A DNA stretch of 64,000 nt from positions 89,156,001 through 89,220,000 of the forward strand of contig OZ024746.1 of NCBI GenBank assembly GCA_964016885.1, given 5' to 3'. Under the pieces are notes generated by a model. That model was not told the origin of the DNA and searched no databases. It saw only the letters and a program-made list of their open reading frames with translations. How positions within the stretch are numbered: position 1 is the first letter of the stretch; every line of letters starts with the position of its first letter. This document shows, one piece after another, positions 55,129 through 64,000 of this stretch. A program made the translations under genes and the position numbers. The DNA is from Eledone cirrhosa (taxonomy: Eukaryota).

Positions 55129-55295
55129 GGGTTTTAACACCCTTCGTCAGGTCTTGTTTTTTGTCCTACTGGGTGTCCAAAACCACCCTCCTCACCAAGA
55201 AAACTTGGTGCGGTCCCCGGTTTAGTCACCGACGACCCGACCATGCAACAGGTTGTACTGGGTTTCATGTTACCAGTAGCACACAAGAGCAAGCT

Positions 55296-55336
<41 letters not shown>

Positions 55337-55446
55337 GTATATATATACAGGGAGTGGAACGTGAAATTACTGTAGGTTAACTCAGGCGACCATTCGATTT
55401 TTAGGTTCACGTCAGAGGCGAGGTGTAGAGCTAAACAGAATGTAAT

Positions 55447-55713
55447 ATAATAATACAAGGACGATTTGTTAAGCCTTCCTTTCGTTTATTGATTGATGAC
55501 GCGCGTTTCGCTACTGACCAGCTCAAGGTTCGATATGTATCCATCTGGCCCGACTCATTACAAGATCCGACTCATTACAAGGTCCGATGATCTTTTTATT
55601 CCAGAGTCGAGCCAGATCGATCCATATCGAACATTGAGAGGATCAATAGAGAAGCGCGCGTCACCAAGCAATAAACGTAATGAAGTCTTAACAAATTATC
55701 CTTGTATTATTAT
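55447..55713. mobile_element. Fold-back element with long-stem-II hammerhead variant (55581-55665)
   Basis: 55447-55557 pairs with 55604-55713. Motif ggt-CCGATGA-tct...aga-GAAG-cgcgcg-TC-acc; the left arm preserves GAAAcgcgcgTC on minus. Confidence 0.75.
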
Positions 55714-56065
55714 TATTATTATTGGTCTAAGCGGACGTATTTTGCTCGCTCACAGTAAGTCGCTTTATTTGCCTGTTAAAATTATTTGTTGTTAAATATT
55801 TCTTGTTGTGTAAGGGATATAAGCCCTTAGACTTTGCCCCGTGAAGGGGAAAGTATAATATTTGGGCCTTTTGGCCCAAATATTTGAACTTCTTTTTACA
55901 TGTTAAAAAATTTACGAAGAAAAAAAAAACATGGCTGAGCCATGCCCCCCCAGCGATATGTCGGCTGTTGTGCGACAACGACGTAGAAGTTGAGAGGAGC
56001 ACTACAGCGAAATTAACACATTGATAACACAAACACCACCACAAACAAGCTAAACAAAGACACCA

Positions 56066-57900
56066 ATGATACCAATAAGAACTCTGATTTTGAAAAAAAT
56101 GACAGTAACAGCGACAACGAAAATACAGATAACAAAAAAAAAAAATAACAAATACAACAACAATATCAACACCACTAACATGAAAACAAATAGCGACAAC
56201 ACCAACAGTAACAATACCAACTGCACCGACAAAAATGGTGGCAACAAAGACAACAATGATAACAGCGACAGTGCTAACAACAACACCAACAAGAACAACG
56301 ACAACAGCACCCCCAACGAAAACAAGAACACTTTCGCTGCGGCAGCAGCAAACAAGAGGCCATGCTTCAACATGGACCTCTCAAACAAAGATAAAAAGTT
56401 GGCCCAGGCCTGGAAGCTCATCAAGCAAGAGCAAACTTGGGCCAACTTAACTGTCCCAGTAGAAGCTATTGAGGCAGTGGAGCGCAAAACGGTGCATTAT
56501 AGATGCATCTCAGCACAAACCAAAAGGGCAGCTTTAATCCCACAAGAAGATGTCGAAGTCGCGCTGAGGTGCATCAGAGAAGACACCCAGTACATAGAGA
56601 GGGACAGACAGTACGGCACCATTTCGGTGTTGTTCAGGTCAGAAGCCCTCGCTATGAAACACGCTATGACTCCTTTCAAAACTAGCAAGGTCATAATGTA
56701 CCCCTCCCACATGGGAAAAAGAACGGCCCGTCTCCGCATTCTCAGAATCCCACCAGGACTTGACATGTAGTGGCTTCTGGGATGTGAGATTGTGGAGGGG
56801 ACGGATACAGTCCCTATAGAAGTGACCAGAACGGCCAGAGAGGACTGGTCCGGGGTTGACCTGGAGATCCTTCTCCAGATCAGGCCCGAGAATGTGAAGA
56901 CAATCCCAGACCACATCCGCCTTCAGAATGGGACGGTCATTCACATTATGACTGAAGGCAAAAGGCCGCAGTGTTTTGTTTGTGGGGAAAAAACCCATTT
57001 GCGAGCCTTCTGCCCTTAACTGCTGAAAGAGGCAAGGAGTCGAAAGGCTCCATTGCTGCCGACGCCGGGGCGAGGACCACAACCAACAACAGCACCGGCA
57101 AAACCACCAACAACAACACCAATAGAAAGACCACCACCAACATTGACCACCCAAGGGGGAAACGAGGAAAGCTGTCAAATTCCCCCTCCTCCCCAAAATA
57201 CACACACCAATAAAACCATAAACATACATACAGACACACTTACAGACACAGAGCCCTCATCTACCAGTAGTGAAAATGAGGGAAATCCAAAATCCCCCAA
57301 AATACAAAAAAAGAAACACAAAAAGAAAAAAAAATCTCAACAAAGCAAAAAAAGCACCCACAATAAAAAACGCAGACACCACCCACGCAAACATCTCTAC
57401 AATAACACCAACATCAACACCTCCATCACCATCTCCAGAATCCCCCAAACGCAAACAGCCGAAACAGACGCAAGAACAAATCTACACACAAACATCTGAA
57501 ACCCACCGCACTCACAACAAACACAGATACAACCGAAACAACACCACCAAAACCATCACCACCACAGCCACGCAAACAAATAAAATCACACCAACAAAAC
57601 ATACAAAACTTCGTGCTCGTCAGGAGGGCCAACAAGGAACTGATGGCCCTCGTAGCACGAAGAGAAAATATACAAAAAGAGGGGGAAATTTTTAAATCGA
57701 GCACATTTCGCGTGCCGGAATGATTTGGTTCTGGTGCGAATGTCGCTCGACGTATTCAAAGAAATACGAGACACCTTTCCTCGGGACGTGGGAACCCCGA
57801 ACGTAAAACCCACTTCAAGACTTTTAAAGGGGTTCCCAAAAGAAACCCCACTAACTATGGAGATCGAACAACCCGACCTTCACAAGAGCCCGGAAGGTAA
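56066..57900 (+). pseudogene. LINE ORF1 (gag-like) with in-frame stops and frameshifts
   Basis: Asn-rich N-terminus; stop at 56768 in the same frame as ...EGKRPQCFVCGEKTHLRAFCP (C-X2-C-X4-H-X4-C knuckle); then a low-complexity T/K/P tail. The end coordinate is approximate. Confidence 0.85.
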
Positions 57901-57935
57901 GTAAACCTTCCTCTCTCTCTGTTTAACCTGCCAAC

Positions 57936-60900
57936 ATGGCCGTATTAAGAGTAGGATGTTTAAATGTTCGAGGCCTGGGATCGTCCTGGAAGCAGGGTCA
58001 CCTGCTCAACGGCCTCAGGTCTATAGAAATGGATGTAATTGCAGTCAGCGAGACCAGGATTTCCGACACGCGCGCACTAGCCCCATTTTCGACGACTATC
58101 AGATCTTTGCATCTGTTAGCCGGCCGGGAATGGGAGGCGGGGTGGCAGTGCTGTTTAGGAAAGGCCTGGATCTCGAGGTAAGGTCGATCTTCTGGGACCC
58201 GGACGGGAAGTTAGTGGTCCAGGACGTGAACAATAATGAAGGTGGTGCCTTTAGACTGGTGGCCGTCTATGCTCCTACTGGGGCAGGGCGGCCGGACTTC
58301 TTTAGACGCCTGGAAGCCTTTCTGGGTACGTCTCGCCCTTTACTGTTAACGGGGCACTGGAACAGCATCTTAGACGCACGCTGGGATTGTGTGGGAGTAT
58401 CCGATAGGAGCGAGGGGTGCAAAAGCCTCCAGAACCTGATCAGCCAGTTCCAACTGTCTGACAGGTACCGACTAGATTTCCCTAATGCGCCAGTGTGGAC
58501 CTGGGCTAACCGCATAGGGTCATCTAGTTCGTATATAGACAGGATATTCATTAGGAAAATAGACAGAAATAGTGTAAGCTGTCCCCGTTTTGAAACGGTC
58601 GCCTATTCAGATCACAAGTTTGTGATCTGTATGGTCGACCTAGACAAGACGCGTAGGTTAGGACCTGGTTACTGGAAGCTGAATATGTCATTTCCGGCAC
58701 GTAAGGCTTACAGGGACCAGGTCAACAATTTAGTTAAGAAAAAGTTGACAGGGGGAATCGTCAACAATAGATGGTGGGGGGGGGGGCTCTCAAAAGAGAG
58801 ATTAGAGTAATGTCGATAGAGTTTAGCAAAGAAGTAGCATTAGAGAAAAATAGAAAGGAGGGGGAGTTGGTAGATAAGTTAGACGAGGTTATTGGTAGTG
58901 GCATTGCAACTGATGTGCTAGCGGCGAGAATGGCATTAGACCATTTCTTCAATGCGAAACACGAAGGTTGCATTGTCAGAGCTAAGGCGCGTGCTCTGAG
59001 AAACGAGGGAACCAAAGCTGTTCGATGGGCCTGCGTGGCGGAGGCGCAGCGTGGTAATAAAACCACGATTCGGTCTTTGACGTACCGAGACGGGCACGAG
59101 CTGAGGGATTCGAAGAGGATGTGTGAGGCCTTTCGCCAACATTTTGCTAGGTTGTTCGGGGGAAGTGGCGGGTCAGAGATGGTGGCGGACTTCAGTCCCT
59201 ACCTCGATGGCTTGCCGCAACTCTCGACGGCTGTTGCTGGGCGCTGCAAAAGGCCAATTACTTCAGCCGAGATTCAGGATGCCCTTGTCGGCTGCACGAG
59301 GCGCAAGTCACCCGGTTTGGATGGTCTGCCCTACGAGCTTTACGTAAATATGCCAGACTTGTTCTCCAATCTCCTCGAAGCCCTCTACTGCAACTGGCTG
59401 CAAAACGGGAGTATTCCCAGTTCTGTGAGCCGTGGCGTAGTGACGCTGATAAGGAAAGACGAGAACAAGAGGGACACATTAGACAATTTCAGGCCCATAA
59501 CTCTGCTCAATACAGAGTTTAAGATTTTGGCCAGGGTGTTAGCGAAGAGGTTGGCGCTTGTCGTCGGGGATTTGGTCGGGGAGGCGCAAACTTGCGCAAT
59601 CCCAACCAGGTACATACACGAGACCTCCACCTAATGCGATACATCATAGAGAGGGTAGGGTGTAAACCTGGCTTCGGTGGGGCTCTGATCAATTTAGATC
59701 AATCGAAAGCATTCGATAGGGTCGACCATCTGTACCTGGAGGCTGTCCTCAAGGCGGCTGGCTTCGGCCCCGTCTTCAGAAGCTGGATCGCTGCAATGCA
59801 CAGCGGCACCTGCTCGATGGTCAACATTAATGGCCACCTCTCAGAACCATTTCGGGTCTCCCGATCGGACTGTCAAGGGTGCCCTCTCTCCTCCGTTCTG
59901 TACGTATTGACTCTCGAGCCTTTACTGCGGAAGCTGGATCTGTTGCAGGGCATCCCGCTCGAACCGGGACGCGGAAAGGCTGTGTCGGCTTATGCGGACG
60001 ACATCACCGTAATGGCGTCGGACACCTCAGAAATCGAGGTGGTCGGCAACTTATTGGAGGAATATGAAAGGTTGACGGGAGCAAAACTTAACCCGGAAAA
60101 GTCAGTGGGCTTGCAACTCGGCACCTGGAGAGGCAAGTCCATGCCGTCCCACAACGTCGTTAGGCGCTGGACGGACAAACCGGTAAAGTTGCTAGGGGTT
60201 TGGTTCGGGCCAGAGCTCCAGGTGGATAAGAATTGGGACGAGGTGACGAGCAGGGTAGTCAGTCTCACCCAGAAATGGGCTGGGATGAAGCTATCACCGA
60301 AAGGTCGGGCGGACGTGGCGAATGCGTACACCGCGTCCGTCATCTACTACCGTCTGACTGTCGTCTCTTCCCCCCGTTCGCGCCTCGCCATCTTGGAGCG
60401 GATCCTCTTCAAATTTTTATGGAGGGGTCAGGTTCCGCTGGTGAGGCGGTCCATCTGCTGCCAGCACCCTCTACGTGGAGGGCTGGGCATGCCGTGGCTA
60501 ATGATGCGCAGGCACGCGCTGAGGATGCGACATCTCCAGATATTCTGCCTAAACGGTGAACAGGTGTGGTCGCCGTTTGTCAGACGGGCCTTTCCGCAGC
60601 TCGTTTCTTTGACTGAGTTGCAGTCCTGGCTCAAGAAGAGACCGAGACTGGGTGACTGGAATCTGCAATGTTGCCAGGCACTCACTGCCCTCTGCCAGGC
60701 GGGCAATGCGGTCAGTGGAACTTCCACTCTCGAGTTCTATAGAGGATTAGTGGTGGGCAAGTGTGACAACGCACTCGGAGAGGTTCTGGGAGTCAACGAA
60801 GTCGAACTAACCAGTCTGTACCGGAGGACTTTCGAGTTGGGGACGATGGATAATTTCCAAAAATCCCTCGCTTGGCAGTGCTACCGGGGGGGGGGGGGGG

Positions 60901-61370
60901 CACTGCCAGTTCGAGATAAACTCTACAGGCACGGAAGTGCTGTCAGACGGACCTGCCCGAGATGCGCGCAGAGCGACAAAACCGTTCTGCACGCACTCGT
61001 CCAGTGTTCGTGCATTACTGACTTGTGGAGTTATGTTGAACAGCTGTTGTCGCGTGTAGAACGGATCCGGCTATCGGCCGAGTCCATAGTGAAGATCGAC
61101 CCGCCGCCTTCTTTTAACCAGGAAGGGCAGGCAATTTTCCTCTGTCTGGTGGCAGTAGCGAAAGAGGTTGTATGGTGGACGAGGTTGAAAGGACTGAAGA
61201 CAGACACTTTTCTCTTCGGCCAATTCCTCATCAACTTTTTCAAGTTTCATTTGGAAAGGAAGGTGAGGGTGGAGAGAGAAGTGCCCCCCCCCAGTACATT
61301 TGCTGAAAGGTGGGTGAATGTGGCGAGAATGGCCCGTGTGAGTGGGCCTACTCTGGTCATGCGGCTGTAG
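57936..61370 (+). pseudogene. LINE ORF2: APE endonuclease + reverse transcriptase + Cys/His motif, three frameshifts (~58085, ~58780, ~59620)
   Basis: LNVRGL, VSETR, YAP, IDRIF, SDH, WKLN, KSPGLDGLPYE, NFRPITLLN, DQSKAFDRV, QGCPLS, YADD, CPRC..HALVQC. Confidence 0.95.
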
Positions 61371-61650
61371 ATAGGTACATTTGAAGAGGAGAGAGGGTGC
61401 CCTTCCAGGGTGCTCTCGAAGCGTCGGTTCGTTCAGGACTGGTGGGGGTACCTGAGCGAACCCTAGATGGTCATCCCCTCTATTGGGGAATTTTTTCTTG
61501 GTGTAATTTTCTTGTTACTTTATTGTTACTTTGTTATTGTTATTCATATTGTTTACTCGATTTTTCTGTAAAACCCCACTGTCCCAGTGTTTTGTATTGT
61601 CCCCTTTATGTCGGCCCTTGTGGCCAATAAATGAAATCATTATTATTATT

Positions 61651-61812
61651 AGTTACGTCCCTTTACGGTCTGAGTTCAAATCCCGCCGAGGTTAACTTTG
61701 CCTTTCATCCTTACGAGGTCGATACAATAAAGTACCAGTAATGTACTGGGTAATTGCTGGCCTTGTGCCAAAAGTAGAAACAATTATTATTATTATTATT
61801 ATTATTATTATT
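61651..61812 (+). mobile_element. 5'-truncated SINE with (ATT)n tail, directly after the LINE tail
   Basis: agttacgtccctttacggtctgagttcaaatcc...gtagaaaca(att)n. Confidence 0.95.
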
Positions 61813-62603
61813 GGCCAATGATGAGGCAGTCATGCTCATTCTGAGTACCTTAGGCTTTTTGATGTAATTTGTAGCATTTTCTTCTTTGCTCGACCATTAC
61901 ATCATCCTAATGTTGATATTCACACGAAGAGCTTATACAGCGACAATGTTCTCTGTTACGCTATTCTATAACAGTATACCTCCCTGAATCTAGATTCTTA
62001 AAAACATTCAACTGAATTTCTTTCAGTAAAAAATGGATTCCTATTAAAGAATCATGATGTTTTGAGGAGAGAAGCATAATGGGGTGACGATGAGAGAGAG
62101 GGAGCAAGAGAAAAAGTAAGAGAGAGAGAGAGAGAGAGGGAGGGAGAAGGCGGGAGGGAGAGAGAAGGAGGGAGATAGAAGGATGAAAGAGTGACTGGGA
62201 GCAGATCTGCCAAAATACTCTCACAATAAATATAAGGCGTACAGAAAAAAACCCCCAGAAACATTCAACAACAACAACGTTAACAGCAACAAAAATATCA
62301 ACCGCAATAAAACATTCATTTTAGCTTAATTTGAGCAAGTACCGCATAAAAAACAATTTCACCATCACCACGACCAACAAAATCTCCACAAGAGTGTTTA
62401 CTTAATTCGCTTATACACGACCAATAACAAGACGAAAGTAACACAATGTGGCTCAAAGCAGCAACTATATCAAATAAACCACTACAAATGAAGGTAAAGC
62501 ATTAACATTTTCAGATGATAGTCAACACTATGAGGAAGGTCAAACATCCAATTAGAGATAACTCAAATTTACACAGTCTCGGAAAATATCTAGTATTCTG
62601 GCA

Positions 62604-62661
<58 letters not shown>

Positions 62662-62886
62662 GGGGAGGGGTAAAGAGGGTTTAACAAAGTTAAGCGATGC
62701 AGTAGGGTTTATTTCTAGCATTTACATATGTTTCATTGCCTGGTTGCTGTCTTGAAATCGTTATTCTGAATTACCAATCAATCAATCAATCGTTCAATCA
62801 ATCAATCAATCAATCAATCAATATATATATATATATATATAAGAGAGTATTGAAGTTTGCTTGAAGCATTGTGGAATAATAAGTAA

Positions 62887-63395
62887 ATATCTTTAAGTCG
62901 TTTGGAAGCCTCGACAATGCAAATGGGTAAATCTCCGGGTAACAAGATCCGGTGGTGGAGAGAGAGATGTAAGTGGGTGTACGTTAAGATGCGTGGTGTG
63001 TATGAGATGTGTAGAAGAATGAAGGAAAGAGTATAAAGGATAAAATAAAAATAACAACACGAGAGAGAGTTACCTTGGGAGAGATTTAATAGTCCCTATA
63101 TATTTCGGATTCACATCCATCAACTGGGGGTTTTCCCCCACCCCGGAAAATACCCCAGTTGATGGATGTGAATCCGAAATATATAGGGACTATTAAATCT
63201 CTCCCAAGGTAACTCTCTCTCGTGTTGTTATTTTTATTTTATCCTTTATACTCTTTCCTTCATTCTTCTACACATCTCATACACACCACGCATCTTAACG
63301 TACACCTACTTACATCTCTCTCTCCACCACCGGATCTTGTTACCCGGAGATTTACCCATTTGCATTGTCGAGGCTTCCAAACGACTTAAAGATAT
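62887..63395. mobile_element. Near-perfect palindrome (~250 bp arms, 8 nt loop) running into (TA)n
   Basis: 62887-63136 is the reverse complement of 63145-63395, with one substitution and a small central mismatch noted. Confidence 0.95.
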
Positions 63396-63532
63396 ATATA
63401 TATATATATTGTATAATGAAAACAAAAGTTACGAGCGAAAGAGGGCAATATCCATCGTCAGTTGTCTGATAGGAATCATAGGTATTTCTTCGTGTTAGAG
63501 ACAAAGATTCCTAAAGATATCAAAATCATTTA

Positions 63533-63574
<42 letters not shown>

Positions 63575-63830
63575 AAAGAATAGAGGTGTAACACACGAGT
63601 TGTGATATATTGGTAAAAGGAAAAGAAAATGCTGACAAATTGTTCCCAGTGAAAAATAGTTTAATTAGGAATAAGTAAAAATTAGTAATAAGTATTGGTT
63701 AGTATTCAGTTTGGGTTTTAAGTTTTTACCGGTTGCGCATTTGTAATGTTTTTCAAAAATAATTTTGAGATAGAGCGCCCGTGATGTTTGCTCTAATCAT
63801 TAGATTATATAAAAACTTAAAACCAAAACT

Positions 63831-64000
63831 GAGCCTTTCCCAGACTCGTCTCGTTCACCGAGCTGCAATCCTGGGTCAAGCAAAGACCGAGAAAACTGGG
63901 CGTCTGGCACACCGAGTGTTCGGTAGGACGTTCAGCCTCGGACCTATGGATAATTTCCAGAGGTCCCGGGCAGTGCTACCGAGGGGCTCTGCCCGTTCGA
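63831..64000 (+). mobile_element. Deleted fragment of L1/Tx1 ORF2 running off the window
   Basis: Homologous to 60587-60916 (gcctttcc..ctcgt..gagctgca..tcctgg; atggataatttcca; cagtgctaccg). Confidence 0.85.

Larger units (their letters stand above)
55724..61650 (+). mobile_element. Near full-length L1/Tx1-clade LINE (~5.9 kb), inactivated
   Basis: 5' end ggtctaagcggacgtatttt after (ATT)n; ORF1 and ORF2; 3' UTR with AATAAA at 61626 and (ATT)4 tail. Confidence 0.95.

Overview
AT-rich, microsatellite-dense eukaryotic DNA that is almost entirely repetitive. The SINE/LINE repertoire and (TA)n/(CA)n/(GA)n density suggest an octopus/cephalopod genome (inference). No intact host gene is recognisable; most listed ORFs are translated microsatellites. 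Identified elements: (1) a near full-length but frameshifted L1/Tx1-type LINE (55724-61650; CCHC ORF1, APE-RT ORF2) plus several truncated or internally deleted relatives, with (ATT)n tails and often (ATT/TAA)n flanks; (2) about 15 copies of a tRNA-derived SINE, several with clear 13-20 bp TSDs and a 3' end resembling that LINE; (3) R4/Dong-like REL-endonuclease fragments in (TAA)n; (4) several Penelope-like (RT/GIY-YIG) relics; (5) a non-autonomous Helitron, and decayed RNase H-LINE, hAT and possibly piggyBac relics. The most striking signal is a recurring architecture: at least eight unrelated fold-back (inverted-repeat) elements, most next to (TA)n. They carry minimal hammerhead-ribozyme motifs (CUGANGA-stem II-GAAA-palindromic stem III-UH) pointing toward the element end, including core variants (U3/A8, U4C). 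They range from a 3.4 kb Penelope with inverted termini down to 130-500 bp non-coding palindromes.
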